64,000 nt of DNA from an uncultured Planctomycetota bacterium (GTDB lineage Bacteria; Planctomycetota; Planctomycetia; Isosphaerales; Isosphaeraceae), in the NCBI GenBank assembly GCA_963845755.1, contig CAWJTV010000015.1:96001-160000 (forward strand), read 5' to 3'. Both the position numbers and the translations under genes were made by a program. Below are positions 10,714 through 20,078 of this stretch, piece by piece. Every line of letters begins with the position of its first letter. Within the stretch, counting starts at the first letter, position 1. A model generated the notes under the pieces. That model searched no databases. It was not told the origin of the DNA and worked only from the letters and a program-made list of their open reading frames with translations.

Positions 10714-11694
10714 TCAATACGAGTCCGAGCTGATGACCTCGCCGCCGGCCCGCGTACCGAGCGCCTGGAGGACCAAACTCGAAGGGGTATAACGGGTCGA
10801 GCCGTCGGGGTTGACGCCCGCGTCGTTCGTAACGTTCCTGAGGAAGTGTACCGACCCGTCGGCGAAGAGGGCGTTCGCGCCTCCAGGATGGAAGCTCGAC
10901 GGATCGTCCAGGCCGCTGTCGGTGTCGGCATTGGTGTTGAGCAAGTGGCAATGCGCCAGGACCAAACACGGGGCGAGATAAGTCGCATACGCCGATCCAG
11001 GACACGGGTTATATGGCCCGCGTAGAACGACGCCACCCGGAACCGCCCCGCACCAGGTCCCCTCCGTGTCTCCCCAGGCGCGCTCCAGGAGTAAGATCGT
11101 CTGGCTCGTGCCGTCGACGATCGCCGCCATGCGCACCCCGCTATTTCGGTAGAATGGGCCGTTGCCCGAGCCATCGTTGTTCAGACCCAGGGCGACGTCG
11201 GCAGCGTCGCTGCCCGTGCTGGCCGCATAGGAGCTCGCCGCGACCGTCGCGACCGTCGTTCCCAGCCCGTCAGTGACCGGGTACGTCCCGCCCATGGTAA
11301 GCTGATCGGATGGGCAGAGGAATGCGCTCAGGATTGTCCGGGTGCCGGTCGTATTCGCCGGGGTCTGGATGGGGAGCCAGACGTTGATCGACGAATACAA
11401 AGGTGCCTGGTCGAGTTGCGGCAGGATCATCGCCGCCCAACTCCAGCCCGGCGACGTGTCGGTCTCACCATCGATGAATCGGCTCGCAGCGATGTAACCC
11501 GGCGGGAAGATCAACAAGGCATCATGATAGTTGTGCAGGGCCAAGCCCATTTGTTTCAGGTTGTTCACGCACTGAGTTCGCCGCGCCGCCTCGCGCGCCG
11601 CCTGCACCGCAGGGAGCAGCAAGGCGATCAGGACGGCGATGATCGCGATCACCACTAAGAGCTCAATCAGAGTGAATCCACGCTGCCGCTTCAT
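10714..11694 (-). CDS. DUF1559 domain protein (prepilin-type N-terminal cleavage/methylation site, H-X9-DG motif)
   Basis: [73 protein letters not shown]. Confidence 0.95.
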   Translation of the reverse strand: MKRQRGFTLIELLVVIAIIAVLIALLLPAVQAAREAARRTQCVNNLKQMGLALHNYHDALLIFPPGYIAASRFIDGETDTSPGWSWAAMILPQLDQAPLYSSINVWLPIQTPANTTGTRTILSAFLCPSDQLTMGGTYPVTDGLGTTVATVAASSYAASTGSDAADVALGLNNDGSGNGPFYRNSGVRMAAIVDGTSQTILLLERAWGDTEGTWCGAVPGGVVLRGPYNPCPGSAYATYLAPCLVLAHCHLLNTNADTDSGLDDPSSFHPGGANALFADGSVHFLRNVTNDAGVNPDGSTRYTPSSLVLQALGTRAGGEVISSDSY

Positions 11695-11747
11695 GGAGGA
11701 GTTTCTCCCAGACAGATATCCAACGACAGGGAAGCTCCGCCTCAATT

Positions 11748-11764
11748 AGCAAAGGGCATACCAA
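11748..11764 (-). promoter_or_regulatory. Putative sigma-54 (-24/-12) promoter of the DUF1559-HEAT operon
   Basis: Minus strand TTGGTATGCCCTTTGCT = GG-N10-GC with TTGC, ~55 nt upstream of the ATG, in an AT-rich stretch. Confidence 0.65.
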
Positions 11765-11912
11765 GATTCAAGAATGATTTATCTGCTGTGTAGATCAAGA
11801 GTTATAGCAAATAGTCCAGATGTAACTGTCTGGTAGCGAAGGCGAACAGATCGCCGATCAGTGGCCAAGGACTGTCCAGCGCGATTCAACCTCGGATCGA
11901 TTCCAACTCAAC

Positions 11913-11948
11913 AAAAAGGGCGAGTGGACTCGCTGGAGTCCACTCGCC
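11913..11948 (-). terminator. Rho-independent terminator after the metalloprotease gene
   Basis: Perfect 13-bp stem GGCGAGTGGACTC / GAGTCCACTCGCC with a 4-nt loop, followed by a T run on the minus strand. Confidence 0.8.
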
Positions 11949-11984
11949 TCTCATCGAAATCCGTCGCGCTCCTGGTCGTTGGCC

Positions 11985-14900
11985 TCAGGGTTCGTTTACG
12001 TTGAGATTCGCGTTCAAGACTTTGCTGATCCGGAACTGGATCTCCTTGAGGTGGGCCAGGGTGGTGTCCTCCATCTTGAGGTCCTTCTTGCCCACGAGGG
12101 TCTCGATCTTCCGGCCGACTTCGTCGAGGTGCAGCCGGGCGAGGTTCTTGGCGTCCGGCGGGGGCGAGGACTGGCCGCCGTAAAAGAGGATATACCGGTA
12201 GCCGCCAAGTGAGTAGTCGTTCTTGGGCCCGAGGACCATGTCGCTGAGCCGCTTGACGTATTCGCGCTGAAGGTTGCGGCGAATTGTCGAGATCGTGAAC
12301 GGCGAGCTGCCCGAAGGTGGCGCGCCCAGCTCGGTGAAGATCCCGTCGCTCAAGGAGCGGAAGACCTCGGCGATCTTCAGCGGGTTGCTGCCGGCCTCGC
12401 TCTGCGTCTCCTGGTTCTGGATCCGCTGGAGCACGCTGGAATCGAGGCACTGATCCAGTGCGATTTCCTGGAGGTTGAGGATCATCCGGTAGATGGGGTA
12501 ATCCATGCCGCCGTAGAAAGAGTAGCGACTGTCCTGCCACGACTCGGTCATGAGCTTGCGCAGCAGGCCGGGCGAGAACTGAAACGCCTTGTCGCTGAGG
12601 ATCTGGTCCACCAGCAGTTTGAGGGCGTCGCGCTGGCGGGCGCCCACGATAGGCGTGATGGGATCGCGCGCCTTGTCGGTCCCCTTGAAGTCGCGGTTGA
12701 CCGACTGACCGCCGATGTATTCGGCCGCGAGATAAGCCCCATTGCCGAACTGGCTGATGCAGGAGGAGAACGCGCTGCGGAGCCGCGCCGAGGATTCCCC
12801 GTCCTTGACGACCTTCTTGTCCAGGTCCTTGAGCAACTCGCCGGCCAGGGTCATCCGCATCTTGCCATAGGCCAGGGTGTCGGAGGTCAGGTCGTACGTG
12901 TTGACCTGGGGATCGTTGTTCATGAAGTCATCGTCGGTGGCGAAGGCCAGGTCCGGCTCGGGCGATCGGGAGGCGAGCTTCTTCAGCTCGGATTCGTCCG
13001 TCGTGTAGGCATACGCGATCGCCCAGTAGTCGTAAGGCCCGATCGTAGTCGAACGCGTAGTCCCCCTGCTTCTGGCCCTTGGGAGCCACGTTGATAGGGT
13101 TGTAGTCCATCACGCTGCCGGCCATCCCCTTGACCCGGGTGATCGCAGTATCGTTGACCTCCTCGGGCTTGAGCATGATGCTGGCCTTGAAGTTGTGCCG
13201 CAGACCCAGCGAGTGGCCGACCTCGTGCATGACGACTTCCTTGATCGCCTGGCCGAGGAACTCATCCGGGAGCTTGACTTCTTTCTCCTTTTCCTTGTCC
13301 TTCTTGTCCTTGTCGGCGTCCTTCTTGTCCTTGTCGGCGTCCTTCTTCTTGTCCTTGTCGGCGTCCTTCTTCTTGTCCTTGTCGGCGTCCGCGTCCTCCG
13401 AAGCGGCCATGGCCAGGGCCAGGCTGGCGAACCGCATCTCGTGGGACTTGGCCGCCGCGTAGTTGCAGGTGGCCAACCGGCCGTTGGTCAATCGCTGGCG
13501 GAGCTGGACCTGGATCGGATCCCATCCTGCGGGCACCACGTCGAGCGCGACGGGGATGTTCCCGTTCGCTGGCGCGACCGAGCCGGGCAGGCCGTTATGG
13601 CCGAGCAGCGCCGCATTCAGGGCCGCGGCGCGTCGGGTGCCCGGCGGGGGCACGGGCAGCCCATAGCCTTGTTTCATCGCCATGATCGGGCTGATGATCT
13701 CCCCCATGGCCAGGGGGACCATGCCGGCGGAGAGATCGGCCCGGGTTCCCGTGGCCGTTGGGGTCGGTACGCCGACCAGGAACGCGTACTCTTCCTTCCA
13801 CGTCTTGATCCAGCTCGCGTCGAAGATCACGTCGCCATCGATCATTTCGCCAGTAATCGGATTGCTACGGAGTCCCGACATCGCGAAGGTCGAGCCCGTG
13901 GTAATCCAGCGCAGGGTGCAGTAGTTGATGTCCTCCGGTTCGAAGTCATCGCGCTCGTTCTGCCAGCGCACGGCGATGGCGTCCTTGAAGCCGATCTTCT
14001 CGAAGGCCTTGTTCCACTCGAGGATCCCCTCCTGGACATAGGGCCGATATTCATCGGGCACGTTGTCTTCGATGTACCAGACGATCTGCTTCTTGGGGGG
14101 AGAGCTTGGCGCCGTGGTTGGCCTTCTCGAGCCGCCACCGATTGATCATTCGCTTGGCGTTGGTGTCCGGATTGGGGTTGGCGAAGTCGGTGACCGCGTT
14201 GAGGAAGTGGCCGACGCGGTAGTCCGCCATCCGGGAGTGATATCCGGGATCCGGCGTCTTGCACAGGCTGTAATGCAACACCAGGGTGATGCCGCGCGGG
14301 TCGACCACGGGCGATTCACCTCCGAAGTAGTACCTTCCGAATCGGCCGCCGCTGAAGGTCGCCTCCACCTGGATCTCGACATTCTCGGGATAGGCGCGGA
14401 TCTTGAACCATCGCGAGCGGTTGCGGTCCAGGAACCCGTAACCGATCTCGGCGAAATCGGTCATGAAGATGTCGGCGAAGTCGATGACCAGCCCGCCGCC
14501 CCTGGGGCTGATGCTCAGGATCGGCAAGGCCATGAGGATCGAGTCGGTGTAGTTCTGCTTGACCGCCTTGTCCAGCGGGGTTCCCGACGGCGCGGTGAAG
14601 TGGATGTTCTTGCGGATGAGCTGGAGCTTGTCTCCGACCCGGTGGAACATCAGCACCCACTCATCGCCGAAATTGAGGGGCGTCCCCGCGCTGGCGGAGC
14701 CCCGGGCGATGACCATCGGAGCCAGGATCGGATGATCGAGCAGTTGCGGCTTGATCTCGGCGTAGAGGTGCTGGTCCTTCTCATGGAGCGTGATATAACC
14801 TTCGTAGGTCTTCGCGCCCTGGGTCAACTGGTTGAAGTCCTGAAACTGCCGTCCTGGCGTCGGGCGGCCGAACTGTCGGGCCGTCGACCGGACCTCGACC

Positions 14901-15004
14901 GCGACAGGGGGGTCTTCGAACTCCTGGGCGTACGTTGACTGCGCGATGCCCCCAGTCGCTAACAAACCCCCGGAGAGCGCCATCAGAAGCACTCGCTTTA
15001 TCAT
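11985..15004 (-). CDS. Exported zinc-dependent metalloprotease (DUF5117/DUF4953, EcxA-like); two frameshifts (~14095, ~13050)
   Basis: Signal peptide; AD.RVGHF, INRWRLEK, GILEWNKAFEKIGF, HEVGHSLGLRHNF zinc motif, SVMDY Met-turn. Split over three ORFs. Confidence 0.9.
13282..13395 (-). repeat. Coding tandem repeat (21-24 nt units) giving a DADKDKK(K) charged linker
   Basis: GTCCTTGTCGGCGTCCTTCTT(CTT) repeated about 4 times inside the metalloprotease. Confidence 0.9.
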
Positions 15005-15218
15005 CGCTTCGTCCCCCAATCAAGGTTGCTCGTGAAATGGTGTCGTGATCGACATGATCAATCCGAAAAGTCAGCCTCGGCCTTGCGGTTTCGCCATGCG
15101 TCAAAGACGATGTACCTAGAATACACCTCGCCTCGGACGATAGTAAATGTTCTAGTGAATTCGGTCGGCGGGTCTTCGATCCTTAGTCCATGGTCTTTCG
15201 TCCTTTGTGATCAGACGC

Positions 15219-15858
15219 ATGACACGACATTTTGCAAGCGGGCTCGGCTTCGCGAGGGGTTTGCCACATTTGATACGGTTCATCGTGTGCCTCGCCCTTC
15301 TGGCGGCCCCGGGCTGCTGGCACGGGGAGCCAGTCCCCGCGGACGATCCGAGCCGGCTGACGATCACGCTCGGTAGCCGGGCTTTCTCCGACGGCGGGAT
15401 AATCCCCAAGGAGTACACGTGTGATGGTGCGGATCGCTCGCCGCCCCTGGAATGGTCGGGAGTGCCGCACTCGACTCGATCCCTGGCTTTGATCTGCGAC
15501 GATCCGGATGCACCCATGGGGACCTGGTCGCACTGGGTCCTCGTCCATCTGCCGCCCGGGGTGAAGGCACTGAAGGAGGGGATCCCGCCCGAGAAGGAAC
15601 TGCCGCACTCGGCCATGGAGATGACCGAGAACTCGCAGCCCCAGGCGCCGGCAGCTCCAGGGGAAGAACGACTTCGGCAAGTTCGGCTATGGGGGACCAT
15701 GCCCTCCCGGTGGGACCCACCGGTATGTCTTCCGGCTCTATGCGCTGGATCAACAAATCGAGCTGGCCTCGTCTCCACCGACGCGTTCCGACGTCCTCAA
15801 GGCGATCCAAGGTCACATCCTGGCCGAAGGGCGCCTGGTCGGAAAGTACGCGCGATGA
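15219..15858 (+). CDS. YbhB/YbcL (PEBP, Raf-kinase-inhibitor-like) lipoprotein; frameshift ~15660
   Basis: IPKEYTCDGADRSPPLEWS, LICDDPDAPMGTWSHWV, then after the shift GKNDFGKFGYGGPCPPGGTHRYVFRLYALD...GHILAEGRLVGKYAR*. Confidence 0.9.
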
Positions 15859-17427
15859 AGCGTGAGGTTTGACTGGTTGAAATCGACCAGGTGGATCTTC
15901 CTCATTCGGTTGTGCGGAGCTCATCGGAAGGTCGTTCGGATCGACGATCGCCGACCGAGGAAGGGCCGGGATGGCTTCGTTTTGCGATGTCTCGTGATCG
16001 ACCGCCGGAGCCTTGGGTTCGATTCGCGAATCACCATGAGTTCGGACTGCGTACACGAGGATGACGATGAGCATCATCGCGGAGATCAGGGCCGGTACCA
16101 GCGGCACCCGGCGATGCGAGATCGCCGCGAACTTCGGCGAGGTGGGTTGGTTCGGCGGATTCTCGCGATCGAGCGGCGGGGACGCGGATTCGAGTTGCGG
16201 ATTCCGCACCTCGCTCGTCCCGGTCGTCGATTCAGGCTCGGACATCATCGCGACGACTCCGCTCGCCCGCTCGATCCCATCAACTTCCCTCGCTCCGTCA
16301 TCGCTTTGCCCGACTTTGATCTCCGCGACGTATCCGTTCCCGTGTTCTGTCCTCTCGGTTTTTGTCTCAGCGTGCTCTGCGATCGCTGGGAGGACGGTGT
16401 CCACTTCACTCGAGGCGGTCACGCCGGATCGTCGGAGTTTGAGGAACGTATCGAGGCTGCGGAGCAGCGACCGACTGCACGAGAACTGGTAGCGACGCAG
16501 CCGCTCGCCCTCGGTGCTGGTGTCGAACGACAGGAGGGCCGCTTGCCGGGCCACATCGGCCTCGGCGCGACGGCGATGCTCGGCGGTCAGCGGCTCCAGC
16601 CGCGCGATCGCCCGGTCCGCGACGCTCCGCAGCTCCTCGATCGTCGCCGCCTGGTCCTGCGCCAGTCCCTCGACCAACTGTCGGTCCAGCTTGCGCGCCA
16701 GGTACCCGTCGATCTCCGGGTGCGGGTTGGCCCGCCGGCGCTCGCAGTGGTTCTCCCACTCCTCGGCCGTCAGGTTCAGCGGCGGTTTCCCCAGCAGGCG
16801 GATCGCCCTGGACTTCTCGATCGATGGCCAGGGCTGGCCCTGGTCGAGGAGGGTGCGGAGCTCGATCCAGCGGTCGAGCATCCACTGGCAGCCGGGACCG
16901 GTGGATTCGAGCCGGCGGACGATGGCCCCGGCGTGATCGAGGACGTCGAGGGGCCGGGAGGTCTGGGACTTGCGGCCCGGGAGTAGGGCTTCGAGGATCT
17001 GGCTCTGAAGCTTGATGCTTCCCGATCCATTGCGATCGCTGAAGAGCCGACGGCCCAGCGCGGCGGCCTCTTCCTGCTGACGGTTCGCTTCCAGGACCGG
17101 CAGCGTTTCGATGATGTGGGACAATCGGGCGACCTCGGCGCGATCGGCCCGATCTAATTTCCAGGAGGACTGCACGGCCTGCTCGACCAGGAACTGCTCG
17201 ACGTCGTTTTGAGGCTGGAGGTTGCCGATCCAGGAGTCGAGTCGCTCTTGAAGCGCGTCGGGATCCTCGCCGGGCAAGACGAGGGTCCTGGCGGTCATGC
17301 CGTGCTTGACGGCGTTGAACCGGGAGCGGTTCTTGCCCTCGGGTGTCCGGGGTCCGGTGCTCTTCTGGGCATTGCGGCGGTTGATCTCGGCCCGATCGGG
17401 CCTGGACAGAGTCGCGGTCGCGGTCAT
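15364..17427 (-). CDS. Hypothetical protein of the 'NRRNAQKSTGPRTPEGK..SRFNAVKHG' family; true 3' end uncertain
   Basis: The N-terminal motif is common in planctomycete hypothetical proteins. The last ~500 nt overlap the YbhB gene antisense and are probably not real coding sequence. Confidence 0.7.
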   Translation of the reverse strand: MTATATLSRPDRAEINRRNAQKSTGPRTPEGKNRSRFNAVKHGMTARTLVLPGEDPDALQERLDSWIGNLQPQNDVEQFLVEQAVQSSWKLDRADRAEVARLSHIIETLPVLEANRQQEEAAALGRRLFSDRNGSGSIKLQSQILEALLPGRKSQTSRPLDVLDHAGAIVRRLESTGPGCQWMLDRWIELRTLLDQGQPWPSIEKSRAIRLLGKPPLNLTAEEWENHCERRRANPHPEIDGYLARKLDRQLVEGLAQDQAATIEELRSVADRAIARLEPLTAEHRRRAEADVARQAALLSFDTSTEGERLRRYQFSCSRSLLRSLDTFLKLRRSGVTASSEVDTVLPAIAEHAETKTERTEHGNGYVAEIKVGQSDDGAREVDGIERASGVVAMMSEPESTTGTSEVRNPQLESASPPLDRENPPNQPTSPKFAAISHRRVPLVPALISAMMLIVILVYAVRTHGDSRIEPKAPAVDHETSQNEAIPALPRSAIVDPNDLPMSSAQPNEEDPPGRFQPVKPHASSRVLSDQAPFGQDVTLDRLEDVGTRRWRRGQLDLLIQRIEPEDIPVGPTGRAWSPIAELAEVVLPLELPAPGAASSRSSPWPSAAVPSRAGSPPSVPSPRAADGRGPSATRSPWVHPDRRRSKPGIESSAALPTIPGAASDPHHHTCTPWGLSRRRRKPGYRA

Positions 17428-18057
17428 GAGGTAGGCCCCTGGTGCGGATTCCTCGGCAGTCGTCCTTAGCGTCAGATCGTGTCGCCTGGCTCGACGGCGC
17501 CGCGCCGCCGTTTACCCATACGATCCGCACGAGCGCGCTCCCAGTTGCATAAAAATTGTTGCATGTCGGGGTTTTCCGATGGCGGAGCGCCGGGATTGTG
17601 TCTACAACCCATTATCGAGTCAACAGTTACACCGAAAGGTGAGCCGTGTGATATTTCCTGGAAAAACCGAAAGTGGTCATGCGCCCGGATCGGGAAACGA
17701 TCGTGAGGTTTCCCGGGGCCGAGAGTCAACGTTGCGGTCGCCGGAGCAACCCGAAAGTGAGTGGTATGAATTCGTCAGTCCCTGTTGAGGCCCCCGGGAC
17801 CGATGCCTCGCCTCACGAGGGTTTGACGCTGGTGCAACGAACCTGTGCCGCGGTATCCTTAACAGAGGCCATGGTCCGTGTTGTGAACGTATGACAACTG
17901 CGAGAGAGGTGCGGTTTACAAATATCCGCTGTATAAACGGTGAATATCCCCATCCTATCAACGGAATCCGTGACGTCGCGAAAGGAGATAGGTCAAGACT
18001 GCGGTGTCAAGCCTCGACTAGTATCCACCCTTGCCAGTTGGTCAGGGAGGATTAAGC

Positions 18058-18270
18058 ATGCGATTACCGAGGATGACGATGCGCCGGTGGATGATCACTG
18101 TGGCTCTCCTCGGGATCGGCATGGCAGTCTGCTCCCATTGGAGGGCATTACGCGCACAGCAGCCACGAATCCGCATAGACCTCTTCCCGATTGACCCGCC
18201 ACCTTTGCCAGAGGGAGTCGATCCTTACGACCAAGATCGCCCGCCCTATCCATCGTCGCTCGACCTGTAA
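18058..18270 (+). CDS. Small membrane-anchored hypothetical protein (MRLPRMTMRRWMITVALL family)
   Basis: RBS GGAGG upstream, a hydrophobic helix and a Pro-rich tail. Its N-terminus is paralogous to the next gene. Confidence 0.65.
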   Translation: MRLPRMTMRRWMITVALLGIGMAVCSHWRALRAQQPRIRIDLFPIDPPPLPEGVDPYDQDRPPYPSSLDL

Positions 18271-18355
18271 GCGATCATTCATACTTGAGCCGGACAGGCG
18301 GGCGCGGGACGACGGCCGGACGTGCAAGGGGTGATCCAGAGATCAGACTTGCCAG
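18264..18355 (+). repeat. Copy A of a conserved ~90-100 bp intergenic element
   Basis: CCTGTAAGCG...CATA.TTG...CGGACA...GGCGCGGGACGA...GGGTGATCCAGAGATCAGACTT aligns without gaps to 24822-24908. Confidence 0.85.
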
Positions 18356-18364
18356 GAGGGACCC

Positions 18365-18792
18365 ATGCGAGTGCCCAGGATGACGACGCGACGATGGATG
18401 ATGTTCGTCTTGGTCGTTGCGCTGTTGATGGGCATGATCGTTGGCGGAGTCCGGCTCAGGCAACGACGTGAGGACCTCGCAATCCACGCCATTCACCACG
18501 CGATGCAGAAGGCTCAGTGCGAGCCCTCAAGGTTAACGCAGAGGAAATGCTCATCTTCCGTTCTCTTCGTCTTCAGATATTGGGGCCAGAGCGAAACGGG
18601 GGATCACCTGATCCCCCATCAACTGACAAAGCGCGCATGGATAGAGCGAAAGCTGCCAAGCCAGATTGGCAACACGAAGTGAGCCGGATGGAGCGAGCGA
18701 TCGCTTACCATGCCGCGATGCGACGCAAGTATGAGGATGCTGCCCGGCGCCCGTGGTTCCCTGTCGCACCCGATCCGCCGGAGCCGAACTGA
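18365..18792 (+). CDS. Small membrane-anchored hypothetical protein (MRVPRMTTRRWM...YHAAMRRKYE.AARRPW.PV.PDPPEP family); one frameshift
   Basis: N-terminus from ORF 18365 and the characteristic C-terminus from ORF 18517. RBS AGGAGGG. Confidence 0.75.
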
Positions 18793-18825
18793 AGACTCCG
18801 GGTGCATCGCGTGATCGATAACTGA

Positions 18826-19759
18826 GAACGGGCGCGGGAATCCTAGGCAACCCGAATTCCCGCCGTCTCCTGGGTCAGGCGCCGCAACATCAAGCGAATC
18901 ATCGCCACCTGAACCATCGCTTCACCGGTCTCGTTCCAGTACTCGTAGTGCTTGCTCAAACGGCGGCAACTCGACAACCAGGAGAAGGTCCGTTCTACCA
19001 CCCAACGCTTCGGCAAGAGTTTAAATCCCTTGACATCATCATTTCGCTTGACGATCTCCAGGATCCACTCACAGAAGGAGCTCACCCAACGGATCAACTT
19101 TCCCGCATAGCCACCGTCGGCCCAGACCCGCTGCAACCGCGGCCACGATCCCAAGAGTTGGGCCTTGGCGAAGACCAGTTTGGCGCCATCGCGGTCCTGG
19201 ATGTTCGCCGGGTGTACCACCACGGCCAGCAACAACCCCAGCGTATCCACCAAGATATGCCGCTTGACTCCGTTGATCTTCTTGCCCGCATCATAACCCC
19301 GCTGACCACTGGTTCGAGTCGCTTTGACGGTTTGACTGTCGATGCTGCCGGCGCTGGGTTCGGCGTCTCTCCCAGCGGCTTGCCGGACTTGACTGCGGAG
19401 CGTGTCGTGAATCCGCTGCCACAGCCCGTTACGACGCCATTGGTGAAAATAGTCCCGGACTGTCCCCTCGGGAGTGAGAAAATCATGAGGCAAAGCCTTC
19501 CAGGCACAGCCCGTGGTCAGGACGTAGTAAATGGCATTGATCACCTCGCGAAATGGCGTCTTCCGCGGAGCACCCGCCGGCAGAGGCGGCGGCAACAACG
19601 GTTCGATGATGGCCCATTCGGCGTCGGTCAGGTCACTGGGATAGGGCTTGCGGGGGGTGGTGGCCATGCGAGACTCCCGGGGTTGAGACAACAGTTGCCA
19701 GCCGTAGTTGACCCAAACCCCTGATCCCTGTCCAGACCCTCAAGATTCCCGCCCCGTTC
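18826..19759 (-). mobile_element. Complete IS5-family (IS1031-like) insertion sequence
   Basis: Terminal IRs GAACGGGCGCGGGAATC (18826) and GATTCCCGCCCCGTTC (to 19759); 3-bp TGA duplication at 18823-25 and 19760-62; intact transposase. Confidence 0.9.
18843..19667 (-). CDS. IS5 family transposase
   Basis: YPSDLTDAEW, TGCAW..LPHD, IDSQTVK, GYDAGKKINGVKRHILVDTLG, WADGGY, KRWVVERTFSW. Confidence 0.97.
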   Translation of the reverse strand: MATTPRKPYPSDLTDAEWAIIEPLLPPPLPAGAPRKTPFREVINAIYYVLTTGCAWKALPHDFLTPEGTVRDYFHQWRRNGLWQRIHDTLRSQVRQAAGRDAEPSAGSIDSQTVKATRTSGQRGYDAGKKINGVKRHILVDTLGLLLAVVVHPANIQDRDGAKLVFAKAQLLGSWPRLQRVWADGGYAGKLIRWVSSFCEWILEIVKRNDDVKGFKLLPKRWVVERTFSWLSSCRRLSKHYEYWNETGEAMVQVAMIRLMLRRLTQETAGIRVA

Positions 19760-20078
19760 TGAGACGTGACACGCGGACATCGGCTCGGCCGGAAGGTGTA
19801 AAGTGTGGTCCGGTATCGAGACCTGCCAGGGTAGAGCCATGCGTCATCCGCCTGCGGCGTTCTACGGCGGACTTTGCCGGGGTGCCTTGCTCGCTCTTGG
19901 CGTCGAGATCGCCTCCCCGCCACCACGCAAGACTCGCTTCCGGCTGCTGGCCAGGCTCTGCCGGCCGGGATTCGTTCACCCGCAGGGTCGCGACGAAAGG
20001 TCTCCGAGTTCGAGCCTCTTCCTCTCTCGAGCTTGCCTGACGCTACGACACCGATTTCCCGCCCCCGGGGGATGCTCA

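Noticed and set aside
11765..11810. IHF site upstream of the sigma-54 promoter (GATCAAGAGTTA)
   Set aside because: Spacing is one base short of WATCAA-N4-TTR, so it is not supportable.
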